Positions 39,089 through 52,782 of a DNA stretch of 64,000 nt are shown here, in pieces. A program made the translations under genes and the position numbers. How positions within the stretch are numbered: the stretch's first letter is position 1; the number at the start of each line of letters is the position of its first letter. The notes under the pieces are model-generated. The model did no database searches. It saw only the letters and a list, made by a program, of their open reading frames with translations, and was not told the DNA's origin. Source of the stretch: Eledone cirrhosa (lineage: Eukaryota); assembly GCA_964016885.1 (NCBI GenBank), contig OZ024741.1:281046001-281110000 (forward strand), read 5' to 3'.

Positions 39089-42000
39089 ACTCCAGACCTT
39101 GTTGTTTCTTTCTGTTTACTATTTTCTATTTTTGTTTTTTCTTTTGTTTTGTTATTCTTTGGTAATTTTGTTTTTGTATAATTTTGGTATTTTTTAGTAT
39201 ATGTTCAGTATTTTTTTTTTATTTTTTTTTTTATTAATTTTTGATATTTTTGCATTTACTTTTGTAGATTTTACTACTTTGTTTTTGTATCCCCCCCCCC
39301 ATTTTTCTATTTTTCTATTTTTTTGCTGTGTTTTTAACATTTTTTTTGCTATATTTTGTTTTTGTTTTTTGTTATTTTTGGTATTTTTGCTATTTTCTGT
39401 ATTTTTGCTATTTTGTATTTTTGCTATTTTATGTTTTTTTTTGCTATGATTTGTATTTTTTGCTGTTTTATTGATATTATTTGTTTTATCTTTTTTCTTG
39501 TATGCAATTACATAACAGCTCTTTAGTAGAATGTAAAGAACTGTTAGGTTACTACTCTCTTCCCATTACATTGATAAGGAACTCAGTTCTGTAGATTTGT
39601 TGGGTTAATGTGGTGCCCCGTAATTTGTATTAATCTAATTATGATAACTATTTGTTTATTTATCCATAATGTTGTTTAGACTTATAAACTTATCTATTCC
39701 AGCATTATTCTCTCAAAAAACCCCCCAATAATTCTTATAGAATTGTATAGTTATACAGTTATAGAAGTGGTCTTTCTTTCTCTTCACTCCCCTCATAATC
39801 CGCAGAAAAATTATATAAACAAAAAATCTGCATAAAACAACATATCTTTCCCCATTTCTAAATATTTGAAACACCCGCTTGTGCCTTCATATATTAACTC
39901 TCTTGATATCAAATCACTCTGAACCACTCCTGGTTCTTTGATATTTATTTATTTAATTCGTTTAAACGTCCATATAGAGCTAAAAGCCATAACACACTAG
40001 GTGAGGTATATATTACCCCTTACAATTAAGAAACAAAAACAAGAGACAGAAAGAGAAGGACAATGGGGGAGGGCGGGGGGCAAAAGAAGCATAAATAAAT
40101 AAAAAAAGGTGAAATACAAGGACAGCTATAAAGCAGTTAAAAGTTTCTGTTGTTGAATCTTTCTATAGCCTCCATGTACTGAAAGATCTTGTTTATAGTT
40201 GGTAGATCTTTGACAATATATTGTACCTCCAATCTTGGTAGTTTTTTTTAAAGACCAGCTTCAAGATATCCTCTTTCTCTGACTGATAGTTTCTACATTG
40301 GAACAAATATAAGCTGTTTATTTTAAAGTGTTTATATCTAAAAACGTTCCATCATAATTTTGTATGAGAACCTTTGTTAAGTTACAAACACCTGCCTAAT
40401 AACGAATTATTTTATATTATTAAGTTCCTCCAAATTCTTGCTTGAAGTTGTTTGAACATCTTAGGCTGTGTATTTTATTAGAAATATGGTAATGAAAGAG
40501 TTAAAGTGTTTATATTTATCTAGAAGAAAAAACAAAACAAAAAACAACAACCTTCCATCAAAATATGGGGTACGAAAGGGTTAATGTTTAGTATTTCTAA
40601 ATAAGTAAAATTACAGCACAATGAAGTGTGACTTTATAATTAGTCATCCTTATTTATCTGCTGGTCAATCTCTGATTGAACAAACCTATAATCAAAAGTG
40701 TTCCAGCTATGACCATCTCATCTTATTGTATGTCTCAAACTAGTTTCAATGTATTTTTCCTTTTTTGTTTTTAAAAAAAAATGGTAAGAAGTAATTTGAG
40801 GTAGATTTGACTGCTGTTTGCAGCAGCTCAAACATAGACTCCATATTTGATGGTCATGAGATTTCAGATAAGATACATTTTGTAAAATATCACTTCAACT
40901 CTTTGCTGCATTTCGTTTCATTTGACTCTTTCCATAATTCATTCATTCTTAATATATATGTGTTTTGTGTGTGTATACGTTTGTGTTTGTTCAGATCTGT
41001 GGGAGTGTATCTACATGTGTCTATATGTGTGTGTATGCGTATGCATGTGTGTCCAGCTAGATGTTTTGTGTGTGTGTATGCATGTCTGTCCGGCCAGATG
41101 TTATGTTTGTGTGTATAATTTGGTCTGTGTGTGAGTTTTTTTTATATATGTAAAAATGACTATTAAATACCTAAACCTGAGCGTAAAATACTTGTAGCCA
41201 ATCTGTAAAGTAACAGATAGCTTTTGCTATCTAGGTGACCTCTAGATGTGGCAGTAGGTGCACTAAAACTATTGTAGCCAGAATGAGAACTTTAGAAGTT
41301 TATGAAGCTGTTTCTTCTAGCATCAAGGGGCTTCCCCCCCTCTCTCTCTGAGTGAAAGCAGATTGTATGATGTTTGTGTTTGAACTGACATGCTGCATGG
41401 TTGTGAGATGTGAGCCATGAATGCAGAAGATTTGTGACAGCTGGAAAGAAATAAGGTATGTATGCTCGACTGGATGTGTAATGATAGTGTGTGTGAATGA
41501 TGCAGAACAAATGAGCTGAGAGAAAAGCTGAATATAAGTGGAATACAAGCACTGCAATGCTAGACATAAGTAAACATGGCAAAAGATCAGCTATTATCTA
41601 GGGTGTAGCAGGCCCTTTTAACTTGTAGCAAATGGGCCAACCATTCTAGTATTGGTATCATGATAGAACACACTCTGTACTTTATGTAAAGTGGGAATAA
41701 ACAGACTAAGGGTTTAGAGGACCCTTTGGCTCTGTGGATGACTTAACAACCTCTCTAGTGTTAGTGCCATGATAAAATGCACTCAGAACTCTTTATAATG
41801 TGGTAGAATTGGTGCTACAATAAAAGGACATCCACCAAAATATGGAACATAGGTGCTAGTTCGGTTCACTGTCATATCAAGTTTCAGACCATGACAACCT
41901 GTCCAACCCATGCCTAGAAAACAGACGTAAAATGATAATGATAATGAACAACGCAAATGTGTTATAGAAACTATGAGATATTTCATGTCAAAGCTGAAAA

Positions 42001-43129
42001 AAATAAAAAAATAAATGAAATAAAAAATGTAGAAAAAAAAAGACAACGAAAAAAATAAAACACAAAACTAAAATAAATCTAACAATAAAAAGCTGAAATT
42101 AATGAGAATAGAGAGTGAGAGAATGGAACTGAGACAGATTTTTGGAAAGAATTAACTCCATTACTAGACTGGTACTTTTTTTTATCAACCTCCGATGGAT
42201 GAAAGGCAAAGCCGACCTTAGTAGGATTTGAACACAGAGAGTAGAGAGCCGGCATGAATGCCACAAAGTATTCTGTCTGACGTTCTAATGACTCTGCCAA
42301 TTTACCGCCTTTAAAATTAATGTATAGTATGTTAAATTATCTCAACATAACTGAATGTTAAATTCTGATCATATTTTCTAAACGATGAAAAATCAAATTA
42401 CAGCGATACGTTTGCAGAATTTATATTAGTCTTTTTTTTCATCTGTCTGTAAAATGTTGTTGATCTTAATGCTAAAGACAAGCTTTGAAGTTGAAATAAG
42501 TAAATAAATAAATGAATAAATAAATAAATAAGTAAATAAATAAATAAATAAATAGAAAGGAAGAATGAATGAAAGTAAAAAAGAAAGAAAGAAAGAAAAT
42601 TGTATTAGATAAAAAACAGGTATGCTTCAGAATGTATATCATATAACATAGAACTGCACAATTGCACTAATTAGCAGCTGCAATTCCTTAGTAGGAGTTC
42701 AGCTGTGAAACTCATCTGTGTAAGTATGACAACCTGATAGCCAAGGCCATTATGAGAAACAACATCTGATGATATTAACCTTCCCTTGCACCGGGTTTAG
42801 TTTTGTATACAGTGAAGCTTCAGTATGCAGAGTGTCTGTAATAATTTACAGTGGAATCCTGAGTGTTAATATATTTCATTGTATGTTCTCAGTTATAAAA
42901 GTGTATGGCTATATCAGCCATTACCTTTCCCTTGGACAACATTGGTGGTGTGGAGAGGGGAGACTGGTATGCATGGGTGACTGCTAGTCTTCCACAAACA
43001 ACATTGCCCAGATTTCTGCCTCGGCGGGGAACTTTTGAGGTGCAAATCCCATGGTCATTTGTGACTGAATGGGTTTTTTTTATGTTCTCAGTTATATTAG
43101 AAATACCTTACAGAACAAATATGATTATA

Positions 43130-43640
43130 CAGGGTGGGTTGAAAGAAACTTCTTATTTAAAATTGTTAATAACTTTATTAATTATTGGTTGTTTTTTCAT
43201 AAAACATGTTATATTTTGAACAGTACTGTCGTGTTAAAATTCTACATAGGCATCAACGTTGTTCACCAGTGTTTGTAATCATTGGGGTATATCCTTGACT
43301 GACTTCATCAAGAACTCAGGCAGTATGCTGGTCAGTACATGATGAATGCAATTGTGTCTGAGGTTTTTGTTTTGAGCTAAAACCTTCCCATTGCTCCACC
43401 CCCACAGGAAAAATATATCATGGCATTAAGTGAAGGCATATTGCTGGCCATTCATGTGGACCTTGACAACCCAGCCAACGTTATGGGAATTGAGCCACTC
43501 ATGGACAGTGCATGCACAATGAGGAGGGGCCCCCATCTTGCATGAATATGTGGTCAGTGATATTGTCCCAAGTAGTCACATCACAGTAAGCCAAAAGTTA
43601 TAAATAATTTTCAATATACAGTTTCTTTCCACCCACTTTG
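43130..43640 (-). mobile_element. Internally deleted Tc1/mariner element (rosa/DD41D-like motifs)
   Basis: TIRs TA|CAGGGTGGGTTGAAAGAAACT and AGTTTCTTTCCACCCACTTTG|TA. Minus remnants IFMQDGAPPHCA and WLGCQGPHEWPA...FLWG. Confidence 0.75.
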
Positions 43641-43644
43641 TATG

Positions 43645-43705
<61 letters not shown>

Positions 43706-43760
43706 GTGAGGTTTTTTTTACAAAATGAAAAATAACCGAGGTGTCCTACACGAGTGAAAG

Positions 43761-44061
43761 TATAAAGAAAAAGAGATGAAATCGAAAATGCAACTGGAGT
43801 CTTATTTTTTTTTTTTTAAGTATATATATTTATTTGGTTCCTTTACCGGTTTCGCAGTTCTTCTGCTTTTCAAAAGGTGAGTTGAGATGGAGGGTCTGTG
43901 GTTTTTCTCAGATGTGAGAAAAACCACAGACCCTCCATCTCAACTCACCTTTTGAAAAGCAGAAGAACTGCGAAACCGGTAAAGGAACCAAATAAATATA
44001 TATATTTAAAAAAAAAATAAGACTCCAGTTGCATTTTCGATTTCATCTCTTTTTCTTTATA
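43761..44061. repeat. 300-bp near-perfect palindrome (arms about 150 bp, 4-nt loop) between TA microsatellites
   Basis: Centre TTTTTCTCA-GATG-TGAGAAAAA at 43911-43914. Arms differ only in poly-T length and about one base. Confidence 0.95.
43948..43985 (+). ncRNA. Minimal type I hammerhead, U3-A8 variant (mirror copy 43840-43877 on minus)
   Basis: CCTT-TTGAAAA-GCAG aagaa CTGC-GAAA-CCGG-TA-AAGG. Confidence 0.75.
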
Positions 44062-44681
44062 TATATATATATATATATTCATTTATTATGGCTAAATAGT
44101 GAGTCTTGTTACTCTGGAGTTTCACCTGTGCACTCACAGGGTCATCAGACAAGTTCTTGTCTGAGGATCCCATGGGCTGGGTGCTTTTTGTCATGACACC
44201 TACATGAACACTTTACAGTGTGGACTTGGTGCTTATTGTTGTGGCTTTAGGATGACCACTTTATTGTGTGGATTGGAGACATGTTCAGGGAGTCACTGAT
44301 TGTGGTTGTGGCAATCACTGATAATCGGTGCTGCCACAGCCAGCCACTCACCATGGTGCTATCTAATTTCAACCAATATCTCCACATTTGCGCATTGCCT
44401 CATAAATTCCAACATTTCACCACAAAATACTTTTATCTGTAAACACTACATTTAGTAGCAACATGTTGATGAAACACTCTATTATATCAAACCTTTTATG
44501 TATTCTGATTGTGTTTTATTTTGCTACATGGTGTCATCATATACCATAGTCGAATAAAAGTATAAAAATTATCAGTTTGATTTTCATGTTGGTCTGTCCT
44601 AATTCACCACCTAATTTCTAGAGTACAATGAATGAAATGATTTGTCACAGACTAATAACAAGTTCTTATATTCTATTGCAG

Positions 44682-44765
44682 CTGTACGCGTTTCCAGTTT
44701 TAGACAGTGAATCACATCTATCTTTGCAAATTGAAGTCTATTGTACCATCAATGCTATGGAGAAG
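44682..44765 (+). CDS. ENO4: Enolase-4-like, coding exon C
   Basis: ttgcag acceptor, LYAFPVLDSESHLSLQIEVYCTINAMEK, gtattt donor; phase 0/0. Matches recalled ENO4 VLDGLGLPTLQVDIFCTIQNFPK and the enolase xLDSRGNPTVEV motif. Confidence 0.88.
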
Positions 44766-46247
44766 GTATTTCTATTGGTTTCTAATAATTGTACTTATTT
44801 GATGTGTATGTGTGTTTCTGTATGTGCCTGTGTTTGTGTGTGTGCATGTGTGTGTATATCTGTGTGTGACTGTGATTGTGTTTGTATGAGTGTGTGTATG
44901 TGGTCAATATTTCACATACAACAGATCTACATTTATTTTTGGTTGTAATGCGTTATGGATGGTCAACATCTTTTCAATTTCTTTGGTCTATCTCATCAAC
45001 CTCCGCCCTAGTTCACTTGATGTAGCGTCACTATAAATTTTTAAATCTAACTTCTACTGTACTTTTTCTTGGAGAGCATCCAGAAAGAAATATTTTGATT
45101 CCTCATTTGTGAAATTTGGATGAATATTTTAGGAAATATAACAATTTGAATGGGAAGTGAATTGGTCAAAATCTTGGATTCATTTAGGCCTAATCTTCAA
45201 TTTACACAAATTAACAGTGTCCATGGGATAGCAGTTGCCTATTTTTTTCAGGTTCTTGAAAATGAAACTTTTTTTTTTTTAGCAATTTTTTCAATATTTA
45301 TGTAAAGCCTATTTTGTTGCATGTATGATTTCATGATGCGAGCATAAGCTTTACATGTGTTTTCAAACATAGCTAAATCCCAAAGTACAAGCTACAGCGA
45401 TTTGAGTTTTGTAACAGTATAGGACTAAATAAATTGTGAGATTTTTGACATGATATTTTTTCAATAAAATTTTAATGGATTATTAAAAATGGCTATAAAC
45501 AATTAAATTACAGCGATTAAAGGCTTTCACAAGCTTTTCATGCTTTTTTAGACATGGATATATTGCGGTCTGTTATCTGTAGGGGGCTCAGTTTTGATAC
45601 ACTGATGTGGGGGTATACAACTGAATCCTCTCTGCAAAAGTTGTAAGTGGGTGGAGATATAAGGGTGATTGAGGATATTTGGCATGATATATGTCAGATT
45701 TTAATCAGAAGTATATGAGAAGAAAGTTCACACCCAGAACTTTCAAATGATATATAATTGTCCACAGAAAAAAATGTATTTTGACATGAAGATGATCAAG
45801 CAAAAAATGGATTTTTGCATGATCAAACTGTATTTGTCACCCCTTCTATGAACTCTACTGTGATACCTCCATGAAAATCCCAGCACTGTACCTTATTACA
45901 GATACAGCCCAGATGTTTATAGCAAGAATCAAGTTTCTTGCATGCAAAAAGTTTTAGCATGTGTAAAAATGTTTTTTTTTTGTTTTGTTTAATATTGTCT
46001 TTTTTTCATTGGACCATGTAATATCTTATCAGACTGTAGGATTCCTAGATATTTCTAATCATCATTTGGGTCACCCAATCGTTCTTCAGATGGTAATATG
46101 ATGCCAGTTAGACAGAACCTTTTTTTCCATTATATATTGACAGCAATATATCTTGAGACATCAGACTCTCTCTCTCTCTACCTTGCAACTTTAGTTTCCT
46201 TTCAGGCTTTACAAAGTGTTTCACATCGTCTATAAACAACAAGTGCT

Positions 46248-46467
46248 TTAACCCTTTAGCATTTACATTATTCTATATATACTATTTGTATTTTCGTGGT
46301 AAATGTTTTATCGAACATAATTATCTCACATAATATCGAATCTTTGAGATTTTTATGTTATTTATTTTGAGAACAATACCTTAACATCAGTATGAGCTGC
46401 CGGTTACAACAGTAAAAGGTGAGAGAATTCTGGCCGGATATGGCCAGCTTAAATGCTAAAGGGTTAA
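46248..46467. mobile_element. TTAA-flanked MITE, same family as 5045
   Basis: TTAA-CCCTTTAGCATTTA ... TAAATGCTAAAGGG-TTAA, perfect 14-bp TIR. Confidence 0.85.
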
Positions 46468-47904
46468 AGATGAGCTAGAATTATCCTTCCCTAACTTATG
46501 CCCCATCTTCACATCATTATTATTATTTTTATTATTATGGAGGGTGGTGGATTGTGAATATTGATAGAGCATTAGATAACATGCTTTGTGGCATAGTTAC
46601 CTCCCTTTATGTTATGAGTTCAAATCCTACTGAGATTAGCTTTGCTTTTCATCCTTATAAAGTCAATAAAATAAAGTACCTGCAATGCAATGGGTCCATT
46701 TAGTTGACTTTACCCTACCCACAAATTCCTGGCCTTGTGCCAAATATAGAAACAATTATTGGGTTGGAACAAAATCTATGGGGTACTGTTTCCAAGACAC
46801 CTATCACTAATGGTATGACTTTAACCTTTTCCAATTTCCACAACCATGTAATTTCATACTGTAATGGATTGTAATTTTTCACCTTTTCCTCTTCTTTTTT
46901 TCACTCTTAAGTGAAATGGGTATGATGTGTCTATTATATAATGTGTATGAAGAGTCTATTACATAATCAACCATATAAGAATGTTTGATTATTTATTATC
47001 TTTATTATTAAGGACAGGGGATAAAATAAAACATCAGTAATGCACTGGGGTTGATTTAATCGACTTTCCTCTCCCCTCAAACAGTTGGCCTTGTGCCTAA
47101 ATCAGAAACCATTGTTTCTTTGACAGTTTCATGTAAATTTCTACTGCATCATCAAATGCATCTCCATGTTCCTAGTGTGTATGCAGCATTGTGTGGTTTT
47201 AAGAGTAGGGGGGTCTTCTGTTAGTGTATAGCATCGGTTTTGTTTTGAGGTTTAGCTTGCTGTTTCTGATGTTGTTTTAATGTTTGTTCTATTGCGTAGA
47301 GTATGTGTAATATGAGTTGTGTTATTTTGTTGGGTAGTGAATATGTTCTGTATCTGTTATATAATCAGTGTTATGAGTTTCAGGGTCAGGTGTATGGTGT
47401 GTGTAGCATTAATGTGTTGTGGTTGTCTAGGATGCTGCAGTGTCAGATATCAGTTATATAGGAATGTGTATTATTTTCTTTGGGGTTAATCCTATAAAGT
47501 GTATGTTATGTGAGTTGTGTTATTTTATTAGGTACTTATTGTATAGGATATACATTTTGTATGGAAGTTGTATTGTTTGAGTTGCGCTATTGAATCAATA
47601 ATATCTTGCAAAGTATGTGAACTGTTTTTGGACAGTATGGATTGTTATGAACCCTGGTATGGCTTCTATGTTTATATATATATATTTTTTATCATACTTA
47701 GAGCTCAAATTTTTGCCTTTATGCTCCACACCCTGTTTAGTTTGATTACAGTCTGGAGACAAACCAATACTAGAGGTAATTTGTCCATTACTTCTATAAC
47801 TGTTTCTGGTTTTGTTCAACAGATTTCTAAATGGAGTCAGAGCTATGGAAAAGAGTAAGGGCTGAGTGGGCTGTAATGAATTTTTCTGGAAGATTCCGCT
47901 TTTT

Positions 47905-48080
47905 ATAGTTATAGAGTTGCTTTTAATTATCTTCTCTTTGCTATGTAATGATAGTGTTGTTTTTATGGTTATCGAGTTGCTTTTAATTATCTTCTCTTTG
48001 CTATATAGTGATAGTGTTGTGATATGGTTATAGAGCAGGTTTTGGTTATCTTCTCTTTGCTATGTTGTGATAGTGTTTTA
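47905..48080. repeat. About 60-bp tandem repeat, 3 copies
   Basis: GTTATAGAGTTGCTTTTAATTATCTTCTCTTTGCTATGTAATGATAGTGTT repeated. Confidence 0.8.
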
Positions 48081-50436
48081 TATTCTGTCAAGGCATGGTT
48101 GATGTATTATGTAAGTATTGCGTCTGAAGTATTTATGTAGTGGGTCCACAATATCCAACAGTGAGCAATACTTTTAGATGCTATTTGGTAATCAAACATT
48201 TTGAGTTGCTTTCTAGTATTTCATTGTTTCTTTTTGGCAATCTTAGCTTTGCTGGATGATTTTGAATAATCAATTACACATACAACAATCATTTTATATT
48301 TGACTAATTTTTCTTTACACTTGATCATAAGGTTGCAAGTTCGATTTCTGGATTGGGGGACATGTTGTATTCTTCAGCAAAAAAACTTTATTTCACACTG
48401 CTCCTCTCTCAGGAGTTGCAACCGGCAGATAGTATCAACAATGAAAAAAAAACAATGGAAACAGTGTTTCCTTGATCCAATCCAATGATCAGCACCTTTT
48501 TTTTTTAGTGTGAAATAAATTAATAAATTTTTATGGATATTTCTTATCTATACTGATAGTGGGAAATATTCACAAATACAGTCACCACCACAGCTTATTA
48601 GCATCAGATGTTCTATGTAGTTTAAAGAGTTATTTCCAAAGCTAGAAATAAATATTGATACTTAAAAACCTCTCAAGGTTTAGGTATCATTTACATTAAC
48701 ATCATAATTGGTATATGATCCAATACACCATGACACATTCTGATGGGGGATAAAAAAAAAATAAACAAAACAAATATTTTTATGTTTGGAGGACTCTTCA
48801 ATCATCTCAAGGACATGATGATCTCCCTAGTGTTAGTGATCTACATGATAAACATGCCCAGTACACTGTAAAGTGGTTGGTTATAAGAAGAGCATCCAGC
48901 TGTAGAAAACTTGCCAAACGAAGGGTTGGGAGGACCAATCAGTTATGTCAAAGACATGACAACTTCTCCTGTGCACTCAGTAGAATGTGCGATGGTACAT
49001 ATACAAGATGCAGATCCCTGGTCTGTCTGGGAGATCAATAGTCCCGCTTCAGTACTGATTTGGTCTATGTAGACCTATCCAACCCTTGCTAGCAAGGAAA
49101 GTGGACGTTAAAACACTTTAAATTCATGATGATTTTGTAAGTGTTATTTCTACATACAGCATGATACCTTGACCACAAATATTGACCTGTTGTCCGTGAA
49201 TTATTAGGGTTAAGTTTTATATGATGTCTATGGAAAATTCTAGATTTTTGGGCCAAAAATAAGGGGTCAACTTTTACATGAGATCAACTATTACTCAATT
49301 ATATACAGTATATAATACTAATCTCCAAATTCTTGACTATTTAAAAAAATAATTCGTAAATCATAGGCAGGGACTTTCATTAGAAATATGGCACCAAAAG
49401 CATTAATGTATTAATATTATAGAATAAAAATCTTCATTAACTCTGTAATGATTTAGCAGAAATTACCTGAAACAAGTTTGTTAATTCAAAAGTTCATAGT
49501 ATCTTTACTAGCTGACAGTTTTGTAAAAACATTTGACTAAAGATTTTAAGTGATATAATCATAGTGTTATTTTATACTTTTCTAATGCAGTTTCAAATGG
49601 TACAGGATGTTAAGAGTTAATTACCATACAACTTGAACACTTTACTTGCATATTTGTTTTAAATCTTCAAATGTGTTAAAATATTTTTTTACTGTATTTT
49701 ACTGTAGTTATTATGGCAATTTCAATAACTTCACAAAGTTTCCTGCTGTTACATCTTATAAAAACAAAATATTCTTAATCTTCTTCTGAATATTACTGAG
49801 TTCAGGCAATGATCTTTTCCAGACTACAATCAACCATGCCCTGCTCTGTATGGTTTCTATTCTCATTGGCCTTCTGACATTTTCCTCAAATACATCACAA
49901 CCAGATGGCTTGTCTCCATAGAAACTTAGATGCAAGCAGAAAAAAGTTAGCTGCAAGCCAAAATCTTCTAGTTACTTCTTTTTTTTTTTATTAATAAAAA
50001 AACAATAAAACAGAAAAAAGCAACGATAAAAAAGAACAATACAAATAGATATATGAAATAATTGTTTAAATATAAATTTTTCACTGACATTCCTCCTTTC
50101 AAATTTCCAATGATTTCTGTATATATCTAATAGCAACTAATTTCTCAGCTTTAACAAACTGGCTCCACAAATAACATTATCAACAGTTTGGTAAGGTCCA
50201 GGAACATCACATTTGTAGCCTGGATGCAGTTACTTCACTTCATTTATGGCCGCAAACGTCACAATCCCATTTCTCACTCTTCATAACCTTTTTCATGGCC
50301 ATATTTTGAATGAGATATACTTCCTATGTGTTTCAAATAATTTTGAAAATAATCAAGAATTTGGAGGAATTAAATGAAATAACTACCTTTGATAGCATGA
50401 AACTGATGTTCCATAAATTGGTGTTTGGAAAATAGC

Positions 50437-50648
50437 TTAACCCTTTTAGCATTTACATTACTCTATATTTACTATTGTATTTTCACAGTAAAAGCTTTAC
50501 CTCACATTATTATCTGACATAATATTGAATCTACGAGATTTTGATATTATTTATTTTGAGAACAACACCTGGTATGAACATTGGTATGAACAGAAAGAGG
50601 TGAGAGAAATTTGGCCAGATACAGCTGGTTTAAATGCTAAAGGGTTAA
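50437..50648. mobile_element. TTAA-flanked MITE, same family as 5045
   Basis: TTAA-CCCTTTTAGCATTTA ... TAAATGCTAAAGGG-TTAA. Confidence 0.82.
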
Positions 50649-51567
50649 TAAAGCTTCTTACACAAAATTATGATGTCAGATTTTTACATAAATATAAATA
50701 CTTTAGCGTTTTAATATCAATCTGCCTGGAACTGGCTCTGGGTCAATGATTCAAAACTATTTGTCTTAAAGTGTTTGTATTTATCTTTATAGAGAACACC
50801 TGTAGTGTAGTACCCAATATAGAGAGCACTCTATAGTGTGGCACCCTAGGTGTCTGCATAGTTTAGTTAGTATGTATTGTTGGCCCTGAGTAGTTTCGTT
50901 AGTATGTATTGTTGGCCCTGAGTAGTATCACAACTTAAAAAGATTCTTTCATAAAATTATGGTGGAAGACATAATTTGAATGTTAACCCTTTAAAACAGG
51001 TGGTTTTGTAACCCCCAGAACAACCACTAAGTTATTGGACATAAACTTAGAACCAGAAACAAATAGAAACACAAACACAGGTATACACACTCACATATAC
51101 ATACACACATATATATATATACACACACACACACATATACACACAGACACACATGTAAGTGTATTTGGCATTAGGAAGGGTATCCAGCCATAGAAACCAG
51201 GCCAAAATCAGTTCTATCTGAGCATGAAACGATCATCTAATTTGGCTTGTCTCCCAATGGGACACCTCATCTAACCCATGCTAATATGGAAAAATGGATG
51301 TTAAATAGTGATGATAATGATATATATAGAGAAAAAGAGAAAGATGTTAATAATAACAACACTATTATTCAACTTGGTACATCATACTATTATTATAAGG
51401 CATATTGTCCCTACTCTTAGGTCTTGAATAATCCGCCACCTTATTAATTTTCAGCCCCCGCCTCCTCCTTTCCACGTGCTTATTAAATTTTGCTAATCTA
51501 TCTCCAACTTTATTGTAAGCAGCTGAAGAATCTAATAATAATTTTATTTTATATTAAAAAACATTGT

Positions 51568-52620
51568 ATCATCATCATCATCATCATCACCGTTTTACGT
51601 CCGTTCTTCCACGCTAGCATGGGTTAGACGGGTTGTCCTGTTGTGGGCAGTGTCTGGTCGGCTGACCATGCCTTGCTCATACAGGAACTGATCTGGCTTG
51701 ATTTCTACAGCTGGATGCCCTTCCTAACACCAACCTCATTTACAGTGAGTGCTGGGTGCTTTTTCGTGGCGCCTACACGTCCACTTTACAGTGTGGGCTG
51801 GGTGCTTTTTTGCCGTGGCACCTCCACGACCACCTTGCGGTGGGGGGGGGGGGGGGGGCATATTGTTTATATGCTTCAGCATGTACCCATGGGAGGTCGG
51901 GTACCCTGTATTACTGCGTGACGCCAGAAGTCACGGTCGTGTGTCATTGACTTTGAGAGGTGTAGTTGGGTAAGGTCGGCTTTTATCACCTCATCCCAAG
52001 TCATCTTGGGTCTCCCCACTCCGCGGTTTCCATCAACTTCTAGTGCTCTGCACCTTTTTATGCAGCTGTCATCCTTCATACGCATCACATGTCCATACCA
52101 GCGTAACCGCCTCTCCTGCACGCAGCATTTGATTCCTCTTATGCTCAGTCTCTCTCTCAATTCATTTATGCTTTGTCGTTCACGTATATTACTGTTACAC
52201 ATCCATCGGAGCATGCAGGCTTCGTTTCTCTCTAATCTACGTAAGTCTTCCACCTTCAGCGCCCAGGTCTCACTACCATGCAACATCGCTGTTCGGATAC
52301 ACGCATCATACAGTCTGCCTTTCATTCTGAGGGAGAAGCCTTTTGCAGCTAGCAGTGGTAGTAGTTCCCTAAACTTCTTCCATCCCGTTCTTACCCTAGT
52401 TATTGTACTTTCTGAGCACCCACCTCCGTTGCTAATTCGGTCACCTAGGTAGCAGAAGCTGTCTACTGTTTCTACAGGGCCCTCCCAGAGATTGGTGGTA
52501 CTTGTTTCCTGTGGCTGTTTGCTTGCTGTTTCAGCACAGCTGCTGCATGTGAATCCTACATTCTTAATTAAGCTTCCTGAGATCCCGCTACATCTCTTGT
52601 GTACCCATTGTTTGCATTTG
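51568..52620 (-). mobile_element. Young 5'-truncated RTE LINE (ORF C-terminus, 3' UTR, (GAT)n tail)
   Basis: KGRLYDACIRTAMLHGSETW...RRLRWYGHVMRM...GRPKMTWDEVI. Its 3' UTR matches the many short dispersed repeats in the window. Confidence 0.93.
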
Positions 52621-52782
52621 TATATGACAAATAAAGGACATTAGAAGAAATCCCATATTTATGAACATACACTATACAATTACCGATTTCCCAACCACTC
52701 CATTTACCCCCCCCCCCCCAATTCCAACCCCCTCCCTTTATTATTTAGGACCTGAGAGTATATGTCTTCTATATTATCATCA

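Noticed and set aside
44950-46140. Possible non-autonomous DNA transposon
   Set aside because: Composition is suggestive, but I could not identify TIRs or a TSD.
49756-49956. Protein-like minus ORF (possible nested gene)
   Set aside because: No recognisable motif or convincing splice sites.
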